64,000 bases of DNA from Stegostoma tigrinum (GCF_030684315.1 NC_081360.1:31727818-31791817), one strand, 5' to 3'; shown: positions 40,501-54,420, counted from the first letter of the stretch. The notes: generated by a model not told the origin, from the sequence alone. Translations and numbers: made by a program.

Positions 40501-43500
40501 AAAAAAGTTAGGCACTACAGTCTCGTGAAAAATTAACTAGAATATGGCAAGGGAGTTGCAAAATAAAATTAAAGAGAAACTATCCATGATGAATAAGCAA
40601 CGGCTGCATATGATTTGCTGTTTGCCAAAGTGAGCACTTAGCAGCTCCTGAGCTCCTTGTGCAAGGGATTTTCAACAAACTCTTAAGCATTCCTAAAAGT
40701 TAACGTCCTGAATTGGGAGATGACCCATTATGAATGCAAGTTTTTTTCCAAGAGAATATGGCATTAAACTCCAAGAAGAGAAACACAATAACAAAATGCA
40801 ATGAAAGCACTTGCGCAAGGATTGCAGGGGAGCATGAGGGCACTATATGATAATTTTTGAAGGTGATTTCTGTGAAGCGTGCCAAGGTCCTGGTACTTGA
40901 TTAACAGTCTGTAGTTCGCAATGCGTTTTTGCCTCTGGATGTTGCCTTCCAACAATTATATGGTTAGAACATGGGGGAATTGAAATGTAAACTGCACTTT
41001 TGGCTTGATAAATTTGATGACATTTTCTCGTTCTTCTCTTAAGTTAATGCATTAAGTCAACTTTTGATTTGCCCAAACAAGACTAATAGGAGAATAAGGA
41101 AAAGTATCCTTAATAAATAAGTGTGGACAATACAACAGGTTAGAAAATACTAAACTCAACAATTGGTGTTAAGTCAGCTGTTCTACTGACTACAGGAATG
41201 AATAGATTCTTTCCAGTCAGTAAAAGTTACAGTCAGTCAATCTAAAACAAAATGAAGTCTGAGGCAAGTCTCACATAACCTACCGAAAAGTCAACAGTGC
41301 AGGTCCTTGGATATCCAGGAACCCCAGGGCTGAATCGCCAATTTGTCTCCAAATGATTAAATAGTCTCCCATCAGTACAAGAAGCCTGAAATTCATGTTT
41401 AACAATGTTAGTTATGTGATAAAATAAGCACCACAATTCAGTAATTCTTCATTTTAAAAATGAAATACTTCAACATATGCAAATTGTAGTCACATTATCC
41501 AAGTAAATATGCCAGGCTTCAAAGTTTCAGAATTTAATCATACTAGAGGTTCTTAGCTGGTCAGCCCAGTGCTGCAATCATTAAACAACTGAAACCTGCT
41601 TTACGAAAATGGAAATAACTGACCGACTCATTCTGGTCACATCTGCATATGAAACAGGATATGTTTAGAAAAGAAATTGATAAGATTTCTAGAGACTATA
41701 GGCATTAAGTGCTATAGAAAGAGAGCAGGAGTATGGCATTGAGATAGAGGGCTGTCTATGATTGTATTGACTGGCAGAGTGGGCTTGATGGTCTACATAG
41801 CATGCTCCTGCTCCAATTTTCCACATTTTTCAATGAAACAAGTGACAGGCCCTACCCAGGTCAACAGGTCATCAATCCACATGGTTTTTATCCCAGCCAA
41901 AATTACTTTAAAAATATTTGTGGGGAAAAAAAAACATTCCTGTCCACTAAGCTGCATAAATAGAAGATTAGAGAGATGGGGTTTGGTAGGAGGCAAAATG
42001 GTGATCAGCAAGCAAGATGCACCGTACACAACTTTATTTTTACAATAGGATATGGCTATCATTGGTTCAGCCACCATTAATGGTCAATTGTTTCAGAGAA
42101 ATTGGTAACGAACTGCCTTCTTAAACTGCTGCTGCATTTAGGTATTTGGACAGTTACTGTTCTGATAAGAAAGAAGTTCCACAATTTTAGCCAGATGACA
42201 ATAACAGAATGACAATATTCCATGTATCTGCTACCCTTGTCATTCGAGGTGACAGACTGCAGTTTTGCAAGTTGCTGTTCCATATGCAGTCATTTGCTAG
42301 GGCAGGCAGTTGAAAAGGAAGACTTGCTGGTGATTATGACTTGGAGTTAGTGCACGATCAAGGACTGTGAATAAGGCTGATTTAGGCTAGGTGCTAGACA
42401 CTGACCAATATCTAGAATGACAAAATGGTTACAGCACTGCAAGAGGCCATTCAATTCAACATGCCCAAGGAACCTTCATGAGAAATTGCAGTACAGTTTA
42501 TAGATGGCATACACTTCTGCCATTGCACATCAGTGGTGAAGGGAAATCAGGTCTCAGGGTGTCAATCAAGGTTCCAACTCTACCTTTAATGGTATTAAGC
42601 TTCTTCACAGCATATTTGGAACAAGCAGCCATCTAAGCCAATGGAAAGTCTCCCACCACACGCTGGATTTGTGCCTTTTCAATGGTGTACAGGTTATGAG
42701 GAGACAGGAGGACAGTTACTTGCTGCCGAATACCTAGCTTCTGTACTTATTCTTGTAGCCACAGTATTTATTTGGCTGGTCGAGTTCAGTTTCTGGTCCA
42801 TGTCCCCAGGGTGTTGGTAAGTGGGGTTTTGGCAATGTTCACGTCATTGAAAGTCAGGGGATGACGATTAAATCTCACTCACTGGAAATGGAAAATTTCT
42901 GCCATTCTTGCCTGGCAACGTTACTTACCAATGATTAGTCCAGGCCTTGTTGCTGTCCAGGTTTTGCTGCACATGAACAATTACTGCAGCATGATTGGAC
43001 AGTTTACAATTATGCTTTCTCAAAAGGGAAATGTCAACTGTGTCACCAAGGTGGAACGGATCTGACCAGAGTATTCCTCACAAGCAGGCAAGGAGGAAAA
43101 TTAACAGTAAACAAGACAAGACACAAGATTTATTTTGCTGCTTCTGTGCATGACAGAAACCTTGGATCTAGTCCCAACTCATCACTGCAGTCAGTGTTAT
43201 CAATGGAGGAGGAAGGAAAGTGTAAAGTTAGGGTTAAATTTAAATTTCTTCTTTCTGGTACATGTCTAAGTTCAACAATTAAGCTAGAAGAGAAGGAGAT
43301 ACTAAGCCATACAAGAAAGGTGGCTTCAAGTTGCATTTCTGATTTAGCTGATTTTACACAGGCATACAATTAGTACAATTGACTGTACAAATCTTTGTTG
43401 GAACAGGGAAGAGATGTCTAGGTTTTATTCTTGATGATTATCTAATGATTTCTTTCTGACAGTTGAGTATAGACAGCATCAAGTTTAGTTGTAAAAACCA

Positions 43501-46500
43501 GCATATACTGTCAAATACATATGGAACCTTGTATGGCACTGGAGGGTGGAACTCAGCAGTAAGAGCTCAAGAATGAGCGCTAGGAAAAATAAAAGAATAA
43601 AAATCTGCCAAAGATAGAGGATAGCAGTGCCTACCACCTATAGTCCACGCTTAGATTTCTAAGCGGAGTATCAGCTTAAACTCCTTTAACTATACACTGG
43701 ATGCTTCAACTTTCTGAAGGTCACCCATTTTAGAAAAAAAAGGGGTGAATTTAGGTAATGTGACATACAAGTAAACATCAGCTCATTGCTCAAATTAAGA
43801 CACTTTTGATTGAATTTTTTTTAAAAAAATACATGTGAAAATTTAAGCTTCCCCAATGGTTCAGTGTTTTAATTCAGTGGGGAACTGAATTATGCATACT
43901 AGTGATGTTCTGGATTTGATTGCCAGTCTGTGCTGATACAGTTGGGAAGTGATAAAAGTATAACAACAAGTCTCCATTCTCCTGCATCAGCAAGGAGCAT
44001 CAGGGTGGATGTACTTGATCTTAGCTCCTGCTTCCACATGCAGTCATTTGCTAGAGCAGCCAGTTGAAAAGAAAGTTGCTGGTGATTGTGACTTGAGTTA
44101 CTGCTCTAATCAAAGATTGCGAATAGGGTTTCAAGGAAAACCCATGAAAATAAGATTTCCAAATTGTGTAAAAATATCCAACTCAATTTTTAAATACACA
44201 AGTGAATTCTTAACATTGAAACATTACCTTAACTAAATGTGGTCGCACCAAAGTCACAACCGAGGTGTACCGTTCAACTATTGGTGGAAATCCTATTTCT
44301 AGCTGAGCTTTGGCGTACCCAGAGCGTTTAGATATGATGTCTGATTTCTTGCACCATGGTACAAAATGCTTGTAGTCAGCAACACCAGACACTACATTGT
44401 ACATTTCCAGCATTGAAAACCTAAAACAAATTAAGATTCAAATTTACTATCAAAATGGACATACAAATGACGAAATAAATCTTAAAACGACATCAAAACC
44501 ACGAACCCCATTACTCGTCTCTCAGAATACTCTTTCTTCTTGTTTATTAGCGGCCCAGCAAGGTTGAAAAAGTTTGTTTGTTGTATAGGGCAATGTCTTG
44601 GTGTCTTGAGTAATGGAGTTCTGTTCATTAGAATGCCACAAGATGACAGATACCTGTTGTTGGAAATATTAGAGTTACTAACGACATTAAAGCTGTATTC
44701 TGTTGTACATAAATCACCGAATTTAGCGCACAGTTTGTTACCTATAACAAACAAAATTGTCAATTTCCTTCCCCCACACTTAACCACTTTACCTATTTCA
44801 TTTTGGACCCAGAGCGCAAAATGATTTGAAATTGAACAAAATGAAACTTCACCTTTTGTCATTGCCTCTAACATGGACAGAAATTCATTTCACAGATTGG
44901 TTTCTTAGGTTGGTAAACTTAGATACATCAATTTAACTCCATTCTAAAGCCAATCCATCTGACAACTCAGCTGACACTGGCATGCTGACAGTACTGAGCC
45001 ACGAATAGAGTGCCAGTTGTCTTCAATACTCAACTGCTCATCAAGCCAGCTAAAACTGGATCAACATTCAGTTGATTTTGCATAAGATGAGAAAATAATG
45101 ATGAAGTTATGAAGGGGAAAATAAAATGCAAAACCACTGTCATTTGGCACAGGACTGAACCATAAACATCATAAAAGCCTAAAGTTCAAGCTTGCTGGCA
45201 TTTTGTCAGAAGATGATGATATCTGGGATACAAGGTTTTCGCTCAGTTCTTGGTTATGCAAGAACAAAAAGCAAAACAAAAACATAGATATCAGTTAGGA
45301 ACTGGAAAACTACGAAATCAATATCCAGTGCCAAAAGGATGTGGTTCGTCTGATGGATTCCACTACAAAATCTCTTCAAATCAATGTCTAAGGTAGGATG
45401 CAAGTACCCTTTGAATTAATGGCATCATTCATTGCATAGGGAGGTAGAAAAGTTCAAATGCAACAACTCAAAACAATTCAAAACATATGGATATTCTGTG
45501 CAACGTAGACTCAAAGGACCGGGGAGGACAATCTCCAGGTTCTTCTGTAAACATCCTCCCTTTTTTGGATAACCCCATATCTTTTAATCTTTGCTTTTCA
45601 AGAAAGGTATGATATAGACAATACCCTTAAGTGAGAGAATCACAAAATTATTTCAGCGTAGGAAACAACCATTTGGCCCACCATGAGCAAGACACTCAAG
45701 TACCATTCATTATAACCTTTCCCATTGTTCCTTTTTGGGTAAGTGAATTCCATCTTAACACCAAGCTGAACCTACCTCCACCACCTCGCAGGCTGTGTAT
45801 TCTAGATCTTAACCACCCACTCCATGGAAAAAAGTTTCCCTTCATAACTCCATTGCTTCTCGGAATAAAATGTATTTGGGGCAAAATACTGAGCTACAAA
45901 TTTATAATCAGAAGAAAGAACAGCTGCAATGTGAATTATAACCACATCACACAGATCCTGGCCTGTTGGAAAAGTAGTGCCAAATTGAAGCAATGTTAAC
46001 CATTATACAAAAATAAACAAAGAGATGGTAGAAGCATAAAATTCATGCTGGGAATATTCAAGTCAGTCATGTGACAACTGTACAAATAAACAGAATGGGG
46101 CAGGAAGAACAAAAAGGGAAGGGACATGTCACACAGGAAGCAAAATCAAGTAATACAAGGGACAATGGTATAAAAGCAAACAAGCGTGGTTAAAGGCAAG
46201 AAAAGAAAGAGAGTCAAGAGGAGGTATAAATGGAATTTTCACAACCACCACAAACATTTGTAATCTGAAAAAAAAGGAGCCTGTTGATGTGACAGTTGCA
46301 TTAAATGTGGATTCCAGAAGGTTACAAAGCATCTAAATGAAAAGGTCAGGTGCTGTTATTAATCTTACAATGAGCTTCATTGCAACAGCATAAGAGAACA
46401 GAAACAGAGGGGTCAGAGTGGGATCGAATTGAAGAACAAACATGACAGGCAACCAAAAGCTCAAGGCCACATTTGCTGGCTGATCTCAAATATTGATGAG

Positions 46501-49500
46501 CCCGCATCGTAAGCAACAATTAAGCTTACAATATTAGAATCACTAGTAAATTACTTTCTCACCTGGAAGGAATGTTTGGCCCTCTGGATGCCAGAAAGAG
46601 AGGTGGTTAAAGGGCAAAAGTTACATCGTCTGCTATTTAATTTCTGCCCTCCCATGTCCAAAGCCCAAGGACATGAAATTCCTCTGCACAGCTGTCTCTC
46701 ACTAAGGCAGCCCAAAGATGATCAGTTTGTGTATTGAAGCAGAGCTCAACCTGTGTCCATTCATTACATTCTTAAACTGAACAACTTTTCTTTTAACTCT
46801 ATTCATTTCCTCCAAAAATGTTTTTAAGTGATATTTGGAACACTTAAATCTGACTCAGGCCTAACTTTCTCCCGCTACAATAGTTTTGTTACTGTATCCA
46901 GCTTTTACCCTCAACTGGATAAAAGTTTGTCAACCTAATTTGCACTAACAGCCAACTTGTCTCACTGCCTGTGGGGAATCCTTTCTTTTCTCAGTTCCTC
47001 AGTGTCATCTGTACAGAAAATATAGCCTTCCATATCAGTAATTTTGTGGTGCTTTTCCTTCTTCACGACCCAATACCACTTCACCCTTCATAAAAACGAA
47101 ATGCTGAATATAGACAGCAGGCTTGACAACATTTGTTGAGGTGGAAGAAGAGATTTGCTCAAGAAAAACATCTTACCATTGTTCACTAATGCATTCATTC
47201 AAAAATGCGTAAGGTTGGAACATATTCCTTTTGTTTGAAGGGAACAGGTTCCTGTGTACAACATTATACTTGCGAGAAGCAACAAAGCTACATGATGAAC
47301 TTGATAGATTACTTTAAATTGGCACTTAGCATAACAATACTCTGGATCATTCAGCAAGCGCTACCCAATCACAGAATCACATCAAATATGAAGTTTTATT
47401 CAGAGTTTTAAAAGTTTAGATCAATAGAGTATAGTCTATAGTCTGCCTATGACAAAGAAAAAACACATTCCTGAATAACCTTGAATGCCTTTTGAACCAC
47501 TAAGCTGTACTGGAAGCCTATAGTTTCCTGTTTATCCATGATAATACCTCACCGGACAAATTGTCAAAGACAATCAAGACAATCATTTTATTGTGTGCTA
47601 CAACTTGAGATTTTGCATTTTTAAAATTTGTCCTGATGAATACAAGCTAAAAGCTTCAGTAACATGCAAGTTTTGTACTACCAAGGGACCACATATACTA
47701 AAAACAAAGATACTGTTTCAGGTCTATGATGTTTCAGCTTTCTCAGAACCCTGGACCATGCCCATTGCATTTGTAAAACTTGTGTTCCAATGCATTCCCC
47801 AACCACCTAAAAAAAATTATATGGCCACCCCAAACTCCACACTCAAAAGGATCAACTTCAATCCTTTTTGCCAATGCCAAACACTTTTCGTCCCATCTTC
47901 CTCAGTAATCTAAAGAGATATAGTTTTCTCCTGCTCCACTTAATTGCCTTACAAAATTTTCCCTTCTTGCAGCACCTTCCCATGGACAGAATGCAACACC
48001 TACCCTTTTATCTCCTTTCAAATGAAGCAAATATGTAATACACTTTCAATTTAACATAACGTATCCACTCCTCACAAAACTGTTGTAGCTCTAGGGTTTT
48101 CTAATTTCACAATGTCATCTACCTCAAACTATAACAGTCTCTCTCCTCCCCCCCCCTCCCCAAAAAAACAAAAAAGTGCTGGCTGACAAGCTGAGTATTC
48201 TGCTTTTATTTCAGTGTTATGTTCGTTTACCAAGTACAACATGCATCAAGGTTATCATTTGTCTCTATTGAGTCACCAACTGATCAGCTTGCACAACATT
48301 CCCAGAAAATCAGACATCCCTCCCTCTGACGTCTATTGTCCCTTGTAATACAGAAACACAATCCAGAACAAACTAAAGGAGTCAATTCTTTAAGAGAACA
48401 GAAGGGTGCTATTGTTAGTAAGGCACTAGAAAATCAGTTCGAGGTAAAGAGTGCTTTTCAATTTGTTAACACAAAATTCCAAAGAATTTGAGGAGATTTT
48501 ACAAAAAGTGCACAAGTAATTTGAGTTATGTAATAGGAAATGTAGTTTTCCTTCTAAATTAAGAGCACCCTTGGCTCGTCAGCTGCAATATTATTTTTGC
48601 AATAGAGGTAATATTCAAAAAGTAAAAGTGTATTGGAAAAAAACTACTTCCAGTTACAATATAACAGAATAATCTCATCATAAATACATCAGGATCCAAA
48701 TGTACTCTTGCAACATCCAATATGGCTTTGTCATCATTTGCCTTGATTTTTATCAGATTCTCATCTGATATTCAGTCCCACAGAAGCAGAAGCTTCTTCC
48801 TCCTAAATGTCAGGGAGCCCAAAGCCATGGAGTTAAATCTGGTTCTAAAAGCAATTTCCTACCCATTCCTCCTGAGCCATTGTCTCAAGCTAACAACCTC
48901 AGCGTTGTGTGGGATGCCATGCCACTGACCCCATGTGCCCCTCCATTCATTTGATGTTTAAAACTTTCATCCACAGTTTACTTTCCTCTAAATTTAACTG
49001 TTCCCATTCTTTGCCAACAAGCATCCTACGTTCCATGAACTTAAGCATATCAAAAATTGTATAGCTTGTATCCTCCCACTAAGACCTGTTTATCTATCAC
49101 CACTGTGCTTTGTGAATAATACCTTGATGAATTTCTGCACCTTCAAATGCCTCCTACCCATTATCTCTCCAAACTTACAACATTTCTAGAACTCAGCATC
49201 CTTGTAGCTCTGACCTTTATACATCCCCATTTTCCTTCATTTCACCATTGGAGAAAGTGACTTTAACCATTTAGTTCCCGAGTTCAAAATTCCCTTCCTA
49301 GCCCTACCTCTTCCTGAAAAGTAACTACACTGATCAAATGCTAGTGCTGGAATATGGACCATTTTCTGTGGCGGCATCTAGCACTCCAAGTCAGATATAG
49401 CACAAAGTGCATAGTACAATTCCACCTATGTCACTATATACTTCCACTACTTCAATACAACTCCATCTCCACACCAGTTGTTCACACTTCATTTTAAAAG

Positions 49501-52500
49501 TTTCAAATTCTCTTTTGCAACTGCATTTTTCAATCTCTCTTTAGCCTTCTCTTCCATTTCTCTATTCTGTGTCCTCAGTACAGTGCTCTGAAGTGCCTTA
49601 TCAAAAATTACAGAAACCTAACACTGATATTAGTTCTTTGCCCGTCAGATGGAGCTACCACACAAAATCATTAACATGTCACTTAACACTGTCAAATTGG
49701 AGCAAATTATAGAAAACATACGGAAGAATAGTTAAATAAACCTGCAAATTTTAATCAGCTTACAGTCTTAATATTTTAAGCAGGACAATATTTTAACAAT
49801 TACTTCAACTCTTGAAGCTGCACATGCCAGTTCTTAAGATGCTCATATACAGAATATATATTTTTTGTTCAATTTTTGCAGTTATATTTATTTCCAGCTT
49901 TTAAGTGATAGGTTATACTCTCAAGAATTTGCTTATGTAGCCAACCTCCACTTTTCAGCCTGGAGATGCAGGAAATGCAATTGGCAATACATGAAGGTAA
50001 CAGTGTTTTGTTGTTATGGTTGCCCTGGAGCATCCTCCTGCAAGAGGCAGGGATCCCATGTATCTCCATCCCAACTCCGTCACAGGTGTCAGCATCGGAA
50101 GACGAACCAGGACCCCATTAGTCGACGTCTAGCAGAGGAAGTGCAGGACTCACATGGCATGACCGTCTCCAGTTCAGAGGTGACAGACATGGAAGCGAAG
50201 GATGGAAGCAGAAAAGGAACACAATGTCCCTAGCGTCCTGGCAATGTTAGATAGTGGCGACTGGAGGAGCAGAGGTGGTGTAGATCGAGATGGAAAGTTG
50301 AACTTTAAAAGCTAATTCAGTTTTAGTAATATCAATTTAATATTAATTCATTATTTTACCACTTATACAATTTATTCAATAATTTATTCTGTAATCCAAG
50401 ACAGCACCAGAATGTGGTGACATTATCTACTTTTCACTGTACCTAGGTGTAAGTGACAAGATTAGGTTAATCTAAGAGAGCAAGACAGCATGCCAAGAAC
50501 AGCACTAGGCATACCTGGAAATTAGGTGCCAACTTACTAAAGCACAAAACAGGGCTACTTGCACATCAAACAACAAAAAGAGAGACAGAGCTAGGCGATT
50601 CCACAAACAACACATCAGATCGGAGTTCTGAAGTCCTGCCACATTTAGTTGCAAATGTTAGTGGACAATTAAACATAGAATCTTAGACTCAACATCTTTA
50701 ACTAATTCAATCACATCACCTCCATGTTAGGTCAGAAGCAGGGATGTTCAGCCATGATGCCACACGTTCAGCACATCCACAACTTCTCAGCTAATACAGC
50801 CCATGCCCAAATACAGCAAGACCCAGACAATAGGCAGGCTTCGGCTGAAAAGTGGCAAGTAACAATCAGACCACACAAATGCCAGGCAACGATCATTTCA
50901 ACAAAAGACAGCATAACTATCATCCTTTGATATTCAATTGCATTACTATCAACATCCTTGGGGGCTACCATTGACCAGAAACAGAACTAGACTAATTGTA
51001 AATACAGTAGCTACAAAAGCAAGTCAGTCAGAGACAAGGAATCCTACAAACTAAATCAATTCCTGACTCCCAAAGGCTGTCCTCCATCTGCAAGTTCCAA
51101 GTCAGGATGTGATGGAGTATTGCCCAGTTCCCTGCATGGGCACAGCTCTAATACAAGAAGCTCAGCATGATCCAGGTCAAGGCAGTCCACATGACTGGCA
51201 CCACATCCAGAAAATTCCACATTCTGCACCACTGATGCTCAGTGGTAGTAGTACATAGATGCTCTGCAGAAATTTCACCAAGGCTTTAAGAAAGCAAATT
51301 CCAGATCCATGACCATTACCATCCAGAAGGTCAAGGGTAGCAGACACTTGGCAACAGCACACCTGCAAGTACCTCTCCAAGCCACTTGCTATTCCAAGTT
51401 GAAAATAGTCTCCTATTTCTTCAGTGTTGCTGTTCAAAATCCCAGAACTCCTTAACTGCACCGTGGGTCTATCTACTGCATATGATAGACAGCAGTTCAC
51501 CACCACCATAAGGGCAACCAGGGATGGGCAATGTTGGCCTGGTCAGCAATACCCACATCCCACAAGTGAATTTAAAAAAAGAAAATAAAAATCAAACATT
51601 TTATTCAATAAGCTAATGAAAGGAATAGCTATGCTTCAATTTGAACTAAAAATACTATATTTCAGTATCAGAAGTGAAAACATATGGCAATGGCCATGAA
51701 AGTACATTTAATGCAACCACTGTAAGTGACAACCAAAAGAATTGCGGATGCTGCAAATCAGGAACAAAAAAAAACGAAGTTGCTGGAAAAGCTCGGCAAG
51801 TCTGGCAGCATCTCAGGAATGGTCATCAGTTAGTATTGTCTTAAAATAGGCCCATCATTATTAGCAAGATTTCGGCTTCCACTGGCAGTTAATGAAAAAG
51901 GATAAATAACAGTTAACCTTGACAAAGATAAAGATAAAGATAAAGATTCAAAACTTTTAAAATATTCAACACCACAACGTACGTCACTTACTTTCCCCGT
52001 CAACGGAATTATACCCACATGCTGTTAGTTTCACCATTGTTTTCAGTTCGATAACTGAAATTATTTAGTAATTCAGATAGAATACTCTATAAAACAGAAA
52101 CACCCGCTGTGCGATTTTAAAAACGGTAACGAGGATTGTGTGTAACGTGAAGCAGACCTTCCTGCAGTTTAACGACCCAGAGCGCCGGGGTGCAATCCAG
52201 TGATATGAACCCTGACTAGTTGCTGCAATTTAAAAGTCGCGCTGGCCCAGCCACACCGCCGGTCACACACAAAAAAAACATCAAAAATTGCGATCTAAAG
52301 TTGCAGGGAGTAGTACTGATGTCGGTCGCTTCGCCCGGTCAGCGGTGAATTCTATCCGCACCCTGACAAACGGAAATAGGCGAGCCGCCGGCCTTTGGGA
52401 CCGAAAACCGAAACTGATCCCCGAAACTTTCCAAGGTCGGCAGCCCGGGAGGGTTGGTTACGCCTTGGCAAGGCCAGACAGCAAACCAACAGTGCCAGAA

Positions 52501-52605
52501 AAGTTACCTGACGACGTGTTTAGACTGTCTCTCCCGGGCAAAGTGGGCCGGAAACTCGAAAACATCGCAAAAAACCCGCCGTAGAGGCCTACCGCTCCTC
52601 GCCAT
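37356..52605 (-). CDS. coq10b: Coenzyme Q-binding protein COQ10 homolog B, mitochondrial (START fold), 235 aa, 5 exons
   Basis: Join of complement(52508-52605, 44507-44653, 44228-44420, 41284-41385, 37356-37523) = 708 nt. Motifs [51 protein letters not shown] and [11 protein letters not shown]. Adjacent to hspd1 as in other vertebrates. Confidence 0.95.
38103..38332. mobile_element. Miniature fold-back Penelope pLTR element in a CR1 relic
   Basis: Inverted arms of about 90 bp meet at two degenerate hammerhead cores, with a one-sided tail. TSD CTGATCTATCCTTAGAT at 38090 and 38331. Confidence 0.88.
39088..39350. mobile_element. Family-2 fold-back pLTR element containing a roughly 46-bp family-1 tail insertion
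   Basis: Insert CTTGTTATCTC...CCCATTATCTCTG is flanked by ATTTCA(C/A)ATCCA at 39161 and 39219. Confidence 0.72.
39870..40440 (+). mobile_element. Degraded CR1 3' fragment
   Basis: [18 protein letters not shown] and [14 protein letters not shown] remnants. Confidence 0.65.
41284..41385 (-). CDS. coq10b: coq10b exon 4
   Basis: [34 protein letters not shown], 102 nt. Confidence 0.96.
42050..43000 (-). mobile_element. CR1/L2-clade LINE 3' fragment (same family as 28420)
   Basis: Reverse complement resembles 28420-29200. Degraded and interrupted. Confidence 0.6.
44228..44420 (-). CDS. coq10b: coq10b exon 3
   Basis: [26 protein letters not shown]...VRPHLVK, 193 nt. Confidence 0.96.
44507..44653 (-). 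CDS. coq10b: coq10b exon 2
   Basis: [13 protein letters not shown]...[24 protein letters not shown], 147 nt. Followed by an 86-nt intron with a GTTCGT donor. Confidence 0.92.
50500..51575 (+). mobile_element. CR1/L2-clade LINE fragment (same family as 28420)
   Basis: [19 protein letters not shown] remnant and a GGCAACCAGGGATGGGCA tail. Confidence 0.75.
51924..51947 (+). repeat. (AAAGAT)4 microsatellite
   Basis: Read directly from the sequence. Confidence 0.85.
52508..52605 (-). CDS. coq10b: coq10b exon 1
   Basis: GAAATGG Kozak context, Arg-rich presequence [18 protein letters not shown]...KHVVR, phase-2 donor AG|GTAACT matching exon 2, located in a CpG island. Confidence 0.85.
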
Positions 52606-52880
52606 TTCACCCTTTGTGAAGGCCGCCCGGCGCCCGCTCGCTCGCTGACGTCAACGGAGGCCCCGCCCATCCGTGCCGGCCGGTCCGCCCACAACTCTCC
52701 CGCAGGTCTCACGCCCCCGCCGGACTCTGCTTCCTGATTGGCCGCGACCTTCCCCGCCCCGGCGGAGGGGTGTGCCTGGTCGCCAGGCAACGTGGGACGT
52801 CAGGTCGTGCGACGTCATAATGTTTCCACTGGCAGGTTATGTCAAGGTTTGTCACGGGATTCGGCGGCGCTGCCAGTGGT
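52606..52880 (-). promoter_or_regulatory. coq10b CpG-island promoter
   Basis: Full CRE TGACGTCA at 52646-52653, further GACGTCA near 52796 and 52811, GC boxes near 52661 and 52752, CCAAT (ATTGG 52737-52741). Confidence 0.8.
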
Positions 52881-53619
52881 TGGATTCACTTCGAGACTAA
52901 CATGTCTTAGACATATATGGTAACTGCTTTTAAAAATACCCTGCAAATGTGTCCAACATAATATTCAGATAGCCAGAATTAAACTATTGCCCCATTACAC
53001 ATCAGATCCAATTTTGCTGTTCACACAGGTATTCCTTTCCACTTCCCATGAAGGGGAAATAAACTTTTTTTCTCAAATTTATTGAATAATCAGGGATTTA
53101 AAGTGTGAAAGGTCCAATTCTCGTCGAAATAAACAAACATGCCGAAAGTAGCAATTTGGGGAAATAAGTGTGCCGTGCTTTTGGAAATACATTTTATTTT
53201 CTTGACCACCTGCTGTGCGAGGGGTTGGGATGTTGTGTGTAATCCAAATCGAAGATTCCCTAACAATTCTAACCAAGAGGGTGCTAATAAGAATTGGGGA
53301 TGTAGTTAGCTCAAGGAGGCTAATTTTCAGGCGCCCCTGATATGCTTCAACGGTATAAAACAGTGAATTGTTTTAGATTATTCCTTACAATTTATTCTTA
53401 CCGCTATCATCATTATTAGAGCTTTATTGTGCACTTTGACACCCATGTGATAGTTTAAAATATTATGCTGTGCATATTGAAATCATAGCGGAGTCTTTTG
53501 AGAGGTCCATCAGTGTGGGGGTACACTTAAGTTGGTCCCATTCCGCAGGTGCTTGCTTACACAGTATCCATCATTCAAGAAAGTAAAGCAAATAGACCTC
53601 ACCCTAACGGCTTCCTCAG

Positions 53620-53900
53620 CAAAGTATCGGGGACTTGCATTCTTATAACGCTTTTGCCTCCTGGACGTCTTCAACCACTTTACAGCCAATGAAGTACTTT
53701 TCTGAAGTATAGTCACTGGTGTAATGGAAGACAAGTGGCAGCCAATTTGCATTGCAAATTCTCACAAATGGCAATGAGAAAGACTAATTGATCAATTTTT
53801 ATGCTAATTATGATCCACTATTGGACAACAGTTTTTTCAACTGTACCATGGGATCTTTCACATCCATCTGAGCATAATGCCTGGTCTGATGAGGAGACAT
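53620..53900 (-). mobile_element. Deu-domain SINE (AmnSINE/SacSINE-like) fragment
   Basis: CACTTTACAGCCAATGAAGTACTTT...GGCAGCCAATTTGCA matches the reverse of the Deu core as recalled, not searched. Confidence 0.65.
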
Positions 53901-54205
53901 GCATACTAAAATAATCAGATGCGGATTCTCATCTGATTTTCTAATTCCTCATCAGAGTTTGATGTGTTGTGAAGGTATCCCCTACAAGTAAGATAATAGA
54001 TGTGGATAACATATTTACCCCCACACCAGTTCCAAAACTGCAAGATCTGAGAATCTTTATATATTGACATGTTTAGAACATATATCAGGCATAATAGTTC
54101 TTGGCAAAGCCAATTTTGAATCACAGGTTCCCATCTTTTTAGGCTTATAGATTGAAAAGGATCAGGAAAGTTGAAATTTGAAAAAGCAGTTTGCTCCCTG
54201 AAATC

Positions 54206-54420
54206 ACAAGGTGAAGAGCTGGATGAACACAGCAGGCCAGGCAGCATCAGAGGAGCAGGAAGGCTGACGTTTCAGGCCTCGGCCATTCTTCTGAAGAAGG
54301 GTCTAGGCCCAAAACGACAGCCATCCTGCTCCTCTGATGCTGCTTGGCCTGCTGTGTTCATCCAGTTCTACACCTTGTTATCTCCAATTCTCCAGCATCT
54401 GCCGTTCTTGCTATCTCTGA
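54206..54420. mobile_element. Miniature fold-back Penelope pLTR element
   Basis: Inverted arms meet at CTGAAGAAGGGTCTAGGCCCAAAACG, with a one-sided tail. TSD TCC(C/A)TGAAATC at 54195 and 54421. Confidence 0.85.

Noticed and set aside
52288-52923. Plus- and minus-strand ORFs across the CpG island
   Set aside because: GC-rich stop-poor sequence. The real exon 1 is the 98-nt phase-matched segment 52508-52605.
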